Shown: positions 1-9,710, numbered from the stretch's first letter. The stretch: 64,000 bases of DNA from Minisyncoccota bacterium (GCA_035402745.1 DAONDV010000001.1:19636-83635), one strand, 5' to 3'. The notes: generated by a model from the letters alone, not told the origin. Made by a program: numbers and translations.

Positions 1-885
1 AATGGTTGTATTCCCCAAAATATTACCATCTTGTCTTGGTATAGCTTTTTGCTACAAGACGGTGTGAGACCATATCAAAAATCAGTAACACAAAAAGGTA
101 GAGTGAATTCGATTATTTTTAAAGATATTCCCATTCAGCTTCAAAGAATCAAAAAGAGTAATATTGATAAATATTTCTTTACGGAAGGAAATGATATTTT
201 TAGAGATAGGGTTTCAGATTTTGTTTGTTATGTGGATGATCGATCTAGTGGAGCAGTGATCAACAGATTGCAAAGGATATATGATTATATTTTTATAGAT
301 GAGGTTCAAGATTTTGCTGGATATGATTTAAATTTTTTAGAGAAATTATTCAATTCGTCTATTAATATCGTTGCCGTTGGAGATCCTCGCCAGGCCACAT
401 TGAGTACAAATAATTCTTTAAAAAATAAAAAATACAAAAAAACTTTCATTTTTGATTGGATAGCCCGAAAACAAACTGAGGGATTGGTTGTTATTGAAGA
501 GCGAAATGAGTGTTATAGGTGTAATCAGCATATTTGTGATTTTGGGGATTCTTTGTTTCCAAGCCTGCCGAAAACTATATCGAAAAACACAGATATAACC
601 GGTCATGATGGTATATTTTATCTTGAGAAAAAAGATGTGATTGCGTACGTTAATCAATATAAACCGACGATTCTTAGGTATAGTAAAAAAACCGATACAA
701 TGAATTTGAAGGCGGTTAATATTGGGCTGTCAAAGGGTAGGACATACGAACGAGTGGTTGTTTTTCCAACAAAACCAATGCTAATATATTTAAATACAAA
801 TGACATCTCAAAAGCTGGTGATATTTCTAAATTATATGTAGCAGTTACGCGCGCAAAATACAGTGTCGCTTTTGTTAAAAAATAA
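1..885 (+). CDS. UvrD/REP-type helicase, GajB-like (Gabija); 5'-truncated by window edge
   Basis: Frame is open from base 1. Motifs IFIDEVQD (Walker B), VGDPRQ, KGRTY, LYVAVTRAKYS. Compact size and the SWYSFLL..GVRPYQ segment resemble GajB. Confidence 0.7.
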   Translation, partial: NGCIPQNITILSWYSFLLQDGVRPYQKSVTQKGRVNSIIFKDIPIQLQRIKKSNIDKYFFTEGNDIFRDRVSDFVCYVDDRSSGAVINRLQRIYDYIFIDEVQDFAGYDLNFLEKLFNSSINIVAVGDPRQATLSTNNSLKNKKYKKTFIFDWIARKQTEGLVVIEERNECYRCNQHICDFGDSLFPSLPKTISKNTDITGHDGIFYLEKKDVIAYVNQYKPTILRYSKKTDTMNLKAVNIGLSKGRTYERVVVFPTKPMLIYLNTNDISKAGDISKLYVAVTRAKYSVAFVKK

Positions 886-1054
886 ATAAAAATTATGTCC
901 GAATACTGTAATTCAAACAGAGACACTTCTTAGAATTATGACGGAAAAACTGGAAATTAGTCTAATTTAAAATCGGTTTTTTGCATTTGACATTAATGAT
1001 AGAAAATACTTAAATGCAATTAGATATTTTAAAACAAAATTAGGAGGTGGTTAT

Positions 1055-1768
1055 ATGCCATCAACGGGGCAGAAACATTTAATTATTGGCGCTGGGGAAA
1101 TCGGTAAGGCTCTTCAAAGAGTCTTGAAACCGCATGGAATTGTTGATATTCGGGACGTTAAATCTTCTGAGGAAGAGGATCGTTATTATGATGTGTTGCA
1201 TATTTGTTATCCCGCAATAAAGAAATTTGTTCAGGTAACGAAAAAATACATCAAACAATACAAGCCTCAATTGGTGATTATCCATTCTACTGTTGCTGTC
1301 GGCACTACCAGAAAGATAGCGCCTTTTGCTGTGCACAGCCCTGTTCGCGGAGTGCATCCGCATTTGGAAGAGGGAATCGGAACTTTCGTAAAATATTTTG
1401 GTGGTGAAAAATCCAAAGAAGCGGCAAAAATTTTTTCTGTTTTGGGTATCCTCGTGCAGGTTTTTCCGGAACCGGAAACTTGCGAGTTGTTGAAAATTTT
1501 GGATACCACTTATTACGGCTGGAATATTGTTTTTGCCAAGGAAGCGGAAAGAATCTGTCAGAAATTAAATTTGAAATTTGAAGATGTCTATGTTGATCCC
1601 AATATTTCATACAATGAAGGGTATAGGAAGTTGGGGAAGCCTAATGTTGTTCGTCCGGTTTTGGTCCCAATGGCGGGAAAAATCGGCGGGCATTGTGTCA
1701 TCCCGAATTGCAAACTTTTTCCTACTTGGTTGACGAGAATCATCAAGCGAAGGAACGAGCAGTATTGA
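1055..1768 (+). CDS. Short UDP-glucose/GDP-mannose dehydrogenase family protein lacking the C-terminal domain
   Basis: IIGAGEIG Rossmann motif, IHSTV, HSPVRG, E..K and catalytic-type GGHC; strong SD AGGAGG. Confidence 0.7.
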   Translation: MPSTGQKHLIIGAGEIGKALQRVLKPHGIVDIRDVKSSEEEDRYYDVLHICYPAIKKFVQVTKKYIKQYKPQLVIIHSTVAVGTTRKIAPFAVHSPVRGVHPHLEEGIGTFVKYFGGEKSKEAAKIFSVLGILVQVFPEPETCELLKILDTTYYGWNIVFAKEAERICQKLNLKFEDVYVDPNISYNEGYRKLGKPNVVRPVLVPMAGKIGGHCVIPNCKLFPTWLTRIIKRRNEQY

Positions 1769-1771
1769 TTT

Positions 1772-1804
1772 ATCCGGCGTCTCAGAAAGAGACGCCGGAT
1801 TTTT
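1772..1804 (+). terminator. Intrinsic terminator
   Basis: ATCCGGCGTCTC-agaaa-GAGACGCCGGAT followed by a T tract. Confidence 0.85.
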
Positions 1805-1885
1805 ATTTGTTGTTGCATAAATATTGATTTTGTGTTATAAGAATAGTAGCTGTTTTCATTAAAATATTATTTCAAAGGAGGAATA

Positions 1886-2188
1886 ATGATGAATGAGGAT
1901 TGTGAACTTTGTGGCTTGGTGAGCCGGCTGGATGTTGCGGGGCAAGCCGGCAGTACAATTATCTTTCGTAATGATCGTTTTTTGGTTATTTTCCATCCGG
2001 AAGAAGGGATAACGATTACTTCAAGAGCTCACAAGAATTTAACCATGAAAGATTTCGACGAAAGACGTAAGTTGTTGCAAGCCATAAAAATGGCCAGAGA
2101 ATCTCCGATTCTGGGGACCACGATCGTCCAATGCGACGAAAAAGCAAAACATTATTTTTATAAAATTATTCCTAAAACAAAAAAATGA
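1886..2188 (+). CDS. Hypothetical protein, degenerate HIT-like fold
   Basis: N-terminal CxxC, IIFRND.FLV and C-terminal HYFYKIIP echo the HIT layout, but the HxHxH triad is lost; SD AAGGAGG; own promoter TTGCAT-17-TATAAG. Confidence 0.5.
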   Translation: MMNEDCELCGLVSRLDVAGQAGSTIIFRNDRFLVIFHPEEGITITSRAHKNLTMKDFDERRKLLQAIKMARESPILGTTIVQCDEKAKHYFYKIIPKTKK

Positions 2189-2192
2189 ACGC

Positions 2193-2232
2193 TAAAGACC
2201 AACCTTTCGGGGTTGGTCTTTAAATTTTTTTT
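2193..2232 (+). terminator. Intrinsic terminator
   Basis: TAAAGACCAACC...GGTTGGTCTTTA plus T tract. Confidence 0.8.
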
Positions 2233-2259
2233 CTAATATGCTAATATATTTTCTGTAAT

Positions 2260-2333
2260 GCGCGCTTAGCTCAGTTGGTTAGAGCGACTCGTTTACACCG
2301 AGTAGGTCCAGGGTTCGAATCCTTGAGCGCGCA
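2260..2333 (+). tRNA. tRNA-Val(TAC)
   Basis: Cloverleaf; anticodon arm ACTCG-tt-TAC-ac-CGAGT; T loop TTCGAAT. Confidence 0.97.
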
Positions 2334-2377
2334 CTTAGCTTGAAAAACAACGAATAATTACTTACAATAGTTTTATT

Positions 2378-2452
2378 GCCACAGTAGCTCAGTGGTAGAG
2401 CGAAGGTCTGAAGAACCTTGCGTCGGGGGTCCGATTCCCTCCTGTGGCACCA
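2378..2452 (+). tRNA. tRNA-Phe(GAA)
   Basis: AAGGT-ct-GAA-ga-ACCTT; encoded CCA; T loop TCCGATT (C55). Confidence 0.95.
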
Positions 2453-2453
2453 T

Positions 2454-2525
<72 letters not shown>

Positions 2526-2526
2526 C

Positions 2527-3576
2527 ATGAAAAAAAAGATTTTGGCAAGTATCTTTTTAACAGCTGTATTTTTTATTGCTGTTTTTTTATTTGTTAATTG
2601 GGAAAGCAGCAAAAATTCCAATGCGGATATTATTCCCAGCGTTACTCCACAGCCAACTCCTCAATCGGTATCAGTGTTATTTTTGGGTGACGTGATGCCT
2701 TCACGCGGAGTTGCTAATCAAATTGAAAAAAACAATGATTTATATTTTCCTTTTCAATATATTAAAGATGAATTATTGGATAACGACTTTGTTTTTGCCA
2801 ATTTAGAATCTCCGGTTATTGATGGGAAAAAGATTTATGCCGGAGAGATGGCTTTTCGAACTAATGAAAATATGATTTCCGTTTTGAAGGAAATGAATTT
2901 TTCCGTTGTTTCTTTAGCCAATAATCATATGTTAGATATGGGGCAAAAAGGATTGTTGAATACATTGAAAGTTTTGACGGAAAATAAAATACAATATGTC
3001 GGCGCCGGGGAAAATAATGAGAAGGCTCGTGAGCCAAAAATTATAGAAAAAAATGGAATTAAAATAGCCTTTCTTGCTTATAATGACGATGATGTAATTT
3101 TGGCGACAAATGAGGCTACGGAAGATAGGCCTGGCACTGTTTTTATGGATTTGGAGGGATTAAAAAAAGATGTAGCTAAGGCAAAATCTTTAGCTGATTT
3201 CGTTGTCGTGTCTATGCATAGCGGCAATGAATACCAGACAAATCCCAATCAAAGACAAATTAATTTTGCTCATACGGCTATTGATAGTGGAGCCGATTTG
3301 ATTATTGGTCATCACCCGCACATCATTCAGAAATATGAGCGATATGGAGATGGTTATATTTTTTATAGTTTAGGAAATTGTATTTTTGATCAAATGTGGT
3401 CAGAGGATACAAGAGAAGGCGCGATGATAAAAATAGTTTTTTCCAAAGAAAGAATTGAGGAAATGAAGGCAACTCCATTTTTGATTGAAAATTATAGCCA
3501 ACCGCGTATAATAGACAAAGAAGATAATTTGGAGTTATACCAAAAAATCATGAGTAAATTGGGCGAGATATTTTAA
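2527..3576 (+). CDS. CapA/PgsA family metallophosphoesterase, membrane anchored
   Basis: GDVM, ANLESP, SLANNH.LD, SMHSG.EY, IGHHPH, YSLGN motifs; N-terminal TM helix. Confidence 0.92.
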   Translation: MKKKILASIFLTAVFFIAVFLFVNWESSKNSNADIIPSVTPQPTPQSVSVLFLGDVMPSRGVANQIEKNNDLYFPFQYIKDELLDNDFVFANLESPVIDGKKIYAGEMAFRTNENMISVLKEMNFSVVSLANNHMLDMGQKGLLNTLKVLTENKIQYVGAGENNEKAREPKIIEKNGIKIAFLAYNDDDVILATNEATEDRPGTVFMDLEGLKKDVAKAKSLADFVVVSMHSGNEYQTNPNQRQINFAHTAIDSGADLIIGHHPHIIQKYERYGDGYIFYSLGNCIFDQMWSEDTREGAMIKIVFSKERIEEMKATPFLIENYSQPRIIDKEDNLELYQKIMSKLGEIF

Positions 3577-3602
3577 GGTCGAGTTAATAAAATTTATAAA
3601 TT

Positions 3603-3848
3603 ATGTTTGATAAATTTAAACAATTGGCGCAAATGAAAAGTTTGCAGGACGAAATAAAAAATTCTCGAGTGGAATATGAGAAGCAGGGTGTTAAGGTTAT
3701 AATGAGAGGGGATTTCTTAGTGGAGGCAATTACTTTAAATCCCGAATTATCCAAAGAAGATCAAGAAAGAACTTTAAAAGAATGTTTGAATGAAGCTAAT
3801 CATAAAGCTCAGGCATTGGCGGCGCAGAAACTTTCCAGCTTGATGTAA
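3603..3848 (+). CDS. YbaB/EbfC family nucleoid-associated protein
   Basis: MFDKFKQL.QMK.LQ..., GVKVIMRGD..V..I; size and layout typical. Confidence 0.8.
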   Translation: MFDKFKQLAQMKSLQDEIKNSRVEYEKQGVKVIMRGDFLVEAITLNPELSKEDQERTLKECLNEANHKAQALAAQKLSSLM

Positions 3849-3920
3849 AATTGCTTTCTTTTTTGTTTTGACTATAATCAGAATTAGAAACTTAATTTTG
3901 ATAGATACGAGGAGGATTCA

Positions 3921-4241
3921 ATGGAGCTATCGGTAATATTGGGAGTTGTGATTTTGAGCATTCTTTTTGGGGTTTTGATAAATCGTTCCGGCAGAAGATT
4001 GATGAAGTATTATGTTTGGGGTAATTGTTTGGCAGTGCCTTGCCACAAAATTAGCATTTATTGTAAATTCTTTTGGTATAGCCTTTGGATCAGAAAGGAT
4101 GAATTTCATAAATCATTGCGTCTTGATTTAGAAACCATACTTTATGGGAGTAAAAAGTTTAAGCAGAAATATATGAAGAGTTTGAATCGCAGAAGGAAGA
4201 TAGCGCACGAAAGAGATACGGAAAGAAGGGCAAAAAAGTAA
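3921..4241 (+). CDS. Hypothetical protein with N-terminal TM helix (ORFan cassette)
   Basis: SD GAGGAGG, promoter TTGCTT-16-TATAAT, downstream terminator. Confidence 0.65.
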   Translation: MELSVILGVVILSILFGVLINRSGRRLMKYYVWGNCLAVPCHKISIYCKFFWYSLWIRKDEFHKSLRLDLETILYGSKKFKQKYMKSLNRRRKIAHERDTERRAKK

Positions 4242-4246
4242 AATAT

Positions 4247-4273
4247 AAAGCCGTCCTGATTAGGACGGCTTTT
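4247..4273 (+). terminator. Intrinsic terminator
   Basis: AAAGCCGTCCT-gatt-AGGACGGCTTT. Confidence 0.85.
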
Positions 4274-4315
4274 CACTTGCAAAAGTTTTGTTTTTGTTAT
4301 AATATAGAAATCAAT

Positions 4316-4738
4316 ATGTCAGTGAAACTCAATGAATTTAATAAAAAGCAATTAAAAGCGGAGATTCCCGATATTAAACCGGGAATGCAAATTCGCGTTT
4401 ATGAAAAGATTAAGGAAGGCGATAGAGATAGAATTCAAGCGTTTGAAGGCGTGGTTTTGGCAAGAAAACACGGTAAAGGTATTAATGCTACTATTACTGT
4501 GAGATCAGTAGTGGCTAGCGTAGGTGTAGAAAAGGTTTGGCCAATTCATTCTCCTAAAATATCTAAAATTGAGATTTTAAGAGTTCCAACCGTGCGCCGA
4601 GCCAAGCTTTATTTCTTGCGTGATTTGTCTCCTAAAAAGACTCGTAAGAAACTTTCTGTTTTCAAAAATATTATTGCTCCAAAAGCAGAGCCGGTTACTC
4701 CAGTAGTGGAAGAGGCTGAGAGTGAGGAAAAAGAATAG
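4316..4738 (+). CDS. rplS: 50S ribosomal protein L19
   Basis: IKEGDRDRIQAFEGVV, VRRAKLYFLR; start moved to ATG 4316 downstream of TGtTATAAT. Confidence 0.97.
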   Translation: MSVKLNEFNKKQLKAEIPDIKPGMQIRVYEKIKEGDRDRIQAFEGVVLARKHGKGINATITVRSVVASVGVEKVWPIHSPKISKIEILRVPTVRRAKLYFLRDLSPKKTRKKLSVFKNIIAPKAEPVTPVVEEAESEEKE

Positions 4739-4752
4739 TGTTGATTATTTAG

Positions 4753-4778
4753 CCGCTCCGACATTTCTGTCGGAGCGG
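4753..4778. repeat. Hairpin with CGACA-N4-TGTCG core (terminator-like)
   Basis: CCGCTCCGACA-tttc-TGTCGGAGCGG. Confidence 0.7.
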
Positions 4779-4828
4779 ATTTAATTTTACTTGAAAGAAA
4801 AAAACACTCTGATATAATAAAAATGCTC

Positions 4829-4912
4829 GCCCAGATGGCGAAATTGGTACACGCACTACCTTGAGGTGGTAGCGCCCGCAAGGGCATGGAGGTTCGAATC
4901 CTCTTCTGGGCA
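4829..4912 (+). tRNA. tRNA-Leu(GAG)
   Basis: CTACC-tt-GAG-gt-GGTAG; long variable arm; promoter TTGAAA-16-TATAAT upstream. Confidence 0.96.
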
Positions 4913-4932
4913 CTTATTTTATTAATTTAATA

Positions 4933-6267
4933 ATGAAATCCATCAGCAAAAATATTTTTCGCGCTTATGATATTAGAGGGAAATATCCACAAGAGGTAAG
5001 TTCTGATTTGGCTTATCGTCTGGGGTATTTTTTTAAGAGTTTTTTAAAGCAATCCAAATTATTTAATAAAAATAAAGTGAGAGTTTTGGTAGGAGCGGAT
5101 TTGAGAAGCTCTAGCGAGTGTTTAAAGAGAAAATTAATTCAAGGATTGATTGACAGCGGAGTGGAGGTTTTTGATTTGGGCGTGAGTACTACCCCGATGT
5201 TTTATTTTGGGATTAAGAAAACCAAAGCGGATTTTGGAATTATGATTACCGCCTCGCATCTTTCCAAGGGGCATAATGGGTTTAAGATTTTTAATAAAAA
5301 TATTGAAGCTATCGGTGGAGAAAAATTGGGAAAATTCGTGAAAGTATTTGAGAAAGATATCGACGTCCATCCTTTGTTGGAAATGCGATTGGTTAAAATG
5401 GATCTTTTGGATGAATATGTTGATTTCTTGATTAAGCACTTTAATTTTCAAGCGGAAGAGCGGGATTTTTTGAAAAAAATAAAAATAGCCGTTAATGATC
5501 AATTTGGCATCGCCACCCCGATTTTTAAAAAATTATTTCCAAAATTGGATTTTTCTATAAAAATATTTAATGAAAAATCCAATGCGCAGTTTCACAAAAT
5601 TGTTGTAAAGTCTTTTAATCTGGGAGTTTATTTTGATGCGGATGGCGATAGGATTGTTTTTGTGAATGAAAAAGGATTAGTTGTTTCATCTGATGTAATC
5701 GGCCCAATATTGGCCGGATACTTTGCTCAATTCAATAAAAAGGCTAGAATAGTTATAGATGAAACAACGACTAAATTGGCTTCTGAGGTGATTACGGATG
5801 CTGGAGGGATGGTAGTTTATTCCAAAATTGGTCATAGTTATTTCAAAGTAAAGATGGCTGAAGTGAAAGCGATTTTTGGCTTGGAAAAATCCGGGCATTA
5901 TTATTTTAAAGATTTTTATTTTGCTGATTCCGGTATTTTCGCTTTTTTGGTTTTTTTGAAAGCGTTAGCTTTCTACGGAGCAGATTTTAATAATTTGCAG
6001 AATGATTTTAAAAAATATTTTATAGCTCCGGAGATTAATTTTTCGGCAGAAAATTATAAAGAAATAATAAATGCATTAAAAAAAGAATTTAGACGTTCAG
6101 TTAAAAAGATTTCCAATTTTGATGGTCTGTCTATGAATTTTGAAAATTGGAGATTTAATGTTAGATTATCAAATACGGAATCAATCGCAAGATTGAATTT
6201 AGAGGCGGATAGCGAAGTAGTATTGAAAGAAAAGTTGGCGTTTATAAAGAAATTAATAAAAAAATGA
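4933..6267 (+). CDS. Phosphomannomutase/phosphoglucomutase
   Basis: FRAYDIRG, ITASH (phospho-Ser), FDADGDR, EKSGH, RLSNTE. Confidence 0.92.
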   Translation: MKSISKNIFRAYDIRGKYPQEVSSDLAYRLGYFFKSFLKQSKLFNKNKVRVLVGADLRSSSECLKRKLIQGLIDSGVEVFDLGVSTTPMFYFGIKKTKADFGIMITASHLSKGHNGFKIFNKNIEAIGGEKLGKFVKVFEKDIDVHPLLEMRLVKMDLLDEYVDFLIKHFNFQAEERDFLKKIKIAVNDQFGIATPIFKKLFPKLDFSIKIFNEKSNAQFHKIVVKSFNLGVYFDADGDRIVFVNEKGLVVSSDVIGPILAGYFAQFNKKARIVIDETTTKLASEVITDAGGMVVYSKIGHSYFKVKMAEVKAIFGLEKSGHYYFKDFYFADSGIFAFLVFLKALAFYGADFNNLQNDFKKYFIAPEINFSAENYKEIINALKKEFRRSVKKISNFDGLSMNFENWRFNVRLSNTESIARLNLEADSEVVLKEKLAFIKKLIKK

Positions 6268-6605
6268 GTTTACAAAGAGTGAAACAAATTAATGAATTGA
6301 TTCAAAAGATTCTCGGGGGAATTTTTCAAAAAGAATGTCAGTTTCCCGATAATTCTTTGGTGACTATTTTGGCAGTTGAAACTTCGCCTGATCTTTTGTA
6401 TAGTAAAATTATCGTTAGCGTTTTTCCTTTAACTCAAGAAAAAGACGTCTTGCGATATTTGGAAGATAATGTTTTTCAAATACAGCAATTTTTGAATAAA
6501 AAATTGGCGATGCGTCCGATTCCCAAAATCCGTTTTGAAATAGATAGAACGGAATTCGAAGCGGAAAAGATTGAAAAATTATTAGAAGAAATAAAAGAAA
6601 AATAA
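6264..6605 (+). CDS. rbfA: Ribosome-binding factor A
   Basis: RVKQINELIQ, VTI..VETSPDL, MRPIPKIRFEID. Confidence 0.93.
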   Translation: MSLQRVKQINELIQKILGGIFQKECQFPDNSLVTILAVETSPDLLYSKIIVSVFPLTQEKDVLRYLEDNVFQIQQFLNKKLAMRPIPKIRFEIDRTEFEAEKIEKLLEEIKEK

Positions 6606-6621
6606 AAACTTTTATTTTCGT

Positions 6622-6693
6622 GGCCACGTAGCCAAGCAGTAAGGCAACGGTCTGCAAAACCGTTATACGTGGGTGCAATTCCCGCCGTGGCCT
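6622..6693 (+). tRNA. tRNA-Cys(GCA)
   Basis: ACGGT-ct-GCA-aa-ACCGT; discriminator U; D loop AAGCAGTAA; T loop TGCAATT. Confidence 0.95.
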
Positions 6694-6744
6694 CATATTT
6701 GAAAAATTCTTTAAAATATATTATATTAAATTAAGTTAGTTTAT

Positions 6745-6830
6745 GCCCGGGTGGCGGAATGGCAGACGCGCACGACTCAAAATCGTGTGAGATTTATCTC
6801 ATGAGAGTTCGACTCTCTCCTCGGGCACCA
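6745..6830 (+). tRNA. tRNA-Leu(CAA)
   Basis: CACGA-ct-CAA-aa-TCGTG; variable arm; encoded CCA. Confidence 0.96.
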
Positions 6831-6881
6831 TTTTTTTAAAAAATTAATTTTAGATTTAGTTTTTTTCAAAAAAAATCATAT

Positions 6882-6919
6882 AAAAAATCATTTCATCGGT
6901 TTGGTGGGGTGATTTTTTT
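6882..6919 (+). terminator. Probable terminator after tRNA-Leu
   Basis: AAAAAATCATTTCATC/GGTGGGGTGATTTTTT with G.U pairs. Confidence 0.6.
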
Positions 6920-7013
6920 ATTAAATATTCAAGTAATTACTCGTGTTTTGTGAAAATAGAAATTTTTTATACATTTCTTTGACATTTTTAGCAAAACTTC
7001 TTAAAAAAATTCA

Positions 7014-7052
7014 TTATCCACAATTGAAAAAAGATTCTATTTGGCGTAAGAT
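7014..7052 (+). promoter_or_regulatory. DnaA box abutting the sigma70 promoter of nrdJ
   Basis: Perfect TTATCCACA (7014-7022), then TTGAAA(7024)-17-TAAGAT(7047). Confidence 0.65.
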
Positions 7053-7100
7053 TACTTCTTAAATTAAAAAGTCTCAAAAAATATATTTTTTTAATTTTTT

Positions 7101-9710
7101 ATGCCAGGAAAAAATAGTTACAATCCATTTCATAAGATAAAAAAAAGAGATGGTCGAGTTGTGCCATTTACAACTGATAAAATAACTAATGCTATTTTTA
7201 AAGCCGCTGAAGAAACTGGCAAAATAGATTACGCTTTCGCTAAAACCATGTCTGAGGAGGTGGTGAAGCGTTTGGCTAGAAAATTAAAAATACAAAAATC
7301 TTACATTCCAACCATTGAAGAGATTCAAGACACGGTGGAACAAGTCTTGCTTGATAAAAATCAGATTAAGATTGCCAAGACTTATATGATGTATCGTCAG
7401 AAACGTTCTGAAATTAGAAAAGAGAAGGCGCAAATTTTAAATAAAGAAATTATTGACGAGGTTGATAAGAAATTTGATGTTAATGCTTTGAGAGTTTTGA
7501 CTTCTCGTTATTTGAGAAAGGACGGTTTTGGAAAAATTATAGAATCACCTAAAGAACTTTTTATTCGCGTAGCGGTGCACACGACTATACCGTCACTTTT
7601 TTACGATGATGCGGTTTATCAGAAAAAAGGAAAGGCAACCGAGCATCATACCGAAGAATTTTCTCCGGAAAAATTTGATGGAAAATATAAAATTGGAAAC
7701 TATGTTCTTAACCGTTATCACTTGGAAGGAATCAAGAGATTGTACGATCGATTTAACAAAGAACAAAAGATAAAAATATCTTGGCAGAATTTCTTGGATA
7801 AATTGAAAGAAGGATACTTTGATAAATATTCTGCGGAGATCGATAGTTTTTATAATTTAATGGCGAGCCGAAGATTTATGCCCAATACTCCGGCTTTGGC
7901 TAATTTTGGAAATGTTTTCGGAATGGGTTCCGCTTGTTTTGTTTTAGATGTTGGAGATTCCATTGATGATATTATGAGTACATTGAAATCCGCTTCTGTG
8001 ATTTTTAAATCCGGCGGAGGAGTGGGATATAATTTTTCTCAATTAAGGCCTGAGGGAGATTTTGTAAAATCAACCGGCGGTTATTCCTCCGGTCCTATTA
8101 GCTTCATGTCCTTGTATGACAGAATGACTGATGTTATTAAACAAGGCGGCATCAGAAGAGGGGCGAATATGGGTATTTTGAATAGCAATCATCCCGATAT
8201 TGAGGCTTTTGTTAAATGTAAAACCGGCAATCAAGCGTTGAAGAATTTCAATATTTCTATTTTGGTTTTGCCTGAATTTTGGGAATGCTTAAAGGACAAT
8301 AAGCCGTATCCGTTAGTAAATCCTCGCAGCAAACAAGTAGTTAAATATATTGATCCGAAATCATTATTGAATCTTATTTCTTATCAGGCGTGGGAGTCAG
8401 CTGAGCCGGGCGTAGTTTTCCATGATCGCATTAATGAATATAATCCGTTATTGAAAGTCTTGGGGCCCATCACTTGCACTAATCCTTGTGGAGAAGTTTT
8501 GCTTTATCCGTTTGAATCTTGTAATTTGGGAAGTTTGAATTTGTGGAGTTTTGTAAAACCGAATGCCAAACACGATCATATGATTTTTGATTGGGTGGAA
8601 TACGGAAAAACTATAGAAGTGGCTACTCGCTTTATGGACAATGTAATCGATATTAATAAATATCCTTTACCGGAAATTGCCGATATGTCTTTGAAAACAA
8701 GAAAGATGGGTTTGGGTGTGATGGGTTTAGCCGACACTTTGTTTGAATTGGCTCTTCCGTATAATTCCAAAGAAGGTTTGAAGTTTATGGAAAAAGCAAT
8801 TGAAGCTTTGAATTATTATTCTAAAGTTATTTCTGTTGAATTGAGTCAGGAACGAGGAAGATTCCCGTTGTTTGATCAATCTTTTTATCAAGATGGAAAA
8901 CTTCCATTTTCCGGATATAAAGATAAAAAATCTTCTAATTTCGATTGGAAATCTTTGATTGAAAAAATAAAGAAATCCGGATTAAGAAATTCTTTCACTA
9001 CAGTTTTAGCTCCTACAGGATCTATTTCTATGATTGCCGGATGTTCTTCCGGTATTGAGCCGAATTACAGTTTGGTTTTTGAAAAAAATGTGGCAGTGGG
9101 CAGTTTCTATTATGTTAATCCGGTTTTTGAAAGAGTGTTATTCAGACATGGATTATTTAACGATCAACTTTTGAGAAAAGTGATTGACAGTAATGGCAGT
9201 GTGCAAAAAATATCACGTATTCCCGAAAAGCTAAAGCAGATTCTTGTAACTTCTATGGATATAGAAGTGGAAGATCATATCAAGGCTTTGGCTGCGATGC
9301 AAAAATGGACAGACTCTTCTATCTCTAAAACTAACAACTTGCCAGCGAGCGCCACGCCGGAAGATATCAAAAAAGTATATCTTTTAGCGTATAAATTGGG
9401 CTGCAAGGATGTGACAGTTTATAGAGATAAGTCCATTCAAAATCAAGTTTTGGTTGCGGGTGGGAATAAAAAAGAAAAAGTCGTTGATGGTAAGAGGAAG
9501 GGCAGGAAAGAAGAGTTCTTAGCCAAAAAAGATGAGAAAGCTGAGGGCTTCTCTGTCTACTATCAACCCAATGTGATAGAAGTTATGCCGACTCAGATGA
9601 ATGGTCAAAATGGCAATGCTAGCAAATTTTGTCCTAGCTGTCACACGGAATTAGTTAATCAAGAGAAGTGTCATTCATGCCCGGTTTGCGGCTGGGGAAT
9701 GTGCAGCTAA
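7101..9710 (+). CDS. nrdJ: Class II (adenosylcobalamin-dependent) ribonucleotide reductase with N-terminal ATP cone
   Basis: IKKRDGR ATP cone, FMPNTP, SACFV, QGGIRRGANM, TNPCGE, APTGSIS, VYRD, C-terminal CxxC..CxxC; no beta subunit adjacent. Confidence 0.9.
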   Translation: MPGKNSYNPFHKIKKRDGRVVPFTTDKITNAIFKAAEETGKIDYAFAKTMSEEVVKRLARKLKIQKSYIPTIEEIQDTVEQVLLDKNQIKIAKTYMMYRQKRSEIRKEKAQILNKEIIDEVDKKFDVNALRVLTSRYLRKDGFGKIIESPKELFIRVAVHTTIPSLFYDDAVYQKKGKATEHHTEEFSPEKFDGKYKIGNYVLNRYHLEGIKRLYDRFNKEQKIKISWQNFLDKLKEGYFDKYSAEIDSFYNLMASRRFMPNTPALANFGNVFGMGSACFVLDVGDSIDDIMSTLKSASVIFKSGGGVGYNFSQLRPEGDFVKSTGGYSSGPISFMSLYDRMTDVIKQGGIRRGANMGILNSNHPDIEAFVKCKTGNQALKNFNISILVLPEFWECLKDNKPYPLVNPRSKQVVKYIDPKSLLNLISYQAWESAEPGVVFHDRINEYNPLLKVLGPITCTNPCGEVLLYPFESCNLGSLNLWSFVKPNAKHDHMIFDWVEYGKTIEVATRFMDNVIDINKYPLPEIADMSLKTRKMGLGVMGLADTLFELALPYNSKEGLKFMEKAIEALNYYSKVISVELSQERGRFPLFDQSFYQDGKLPFSGYKDKKSSNFDWKSLIEKIKKSGLRNSFTTVLAPTGSISMIAGCSSGIEPNYSLVFEKNVAVGSFYYVNPVFERVLFRHGLFNDQLLRKVIDSNGSVQKISRIPEKLKQILVTSMDIEVEDHIKALAAMQKWTDSSISKTNNLPASATPEDIKKVYLLAYKLGCKDVTVYRDKSIQNQVLVAGGNKKEKVVDGKRKGRKEEFLAKKDEKAEGFSVYYQPNVIEVMPTQMNGQNGNASKFCPSCHTELVNQEKCHSCPVCGWGMCS

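Noticed and set aside
895-963. Gene remnant (MSEYCNSNRDTS*) after the GajB-like gene
   Set aside because: Too short, with no recognisable homology, to support a pseudogene call
7076-7091. NrdR box (AAAAAATATATTTTTT) upstream of nrdJ
   Set aside because: It lacks the conserved C/G positions and is expected by chance in AT-rich DNA
7101-9710. Intein or intron in the ribonucleotide reductase
   Set aside because: The roughly 80-aa insertion near aa 165-245 has no intein terminal residues or endonuclease motifs, and the ORF is uninterrupted
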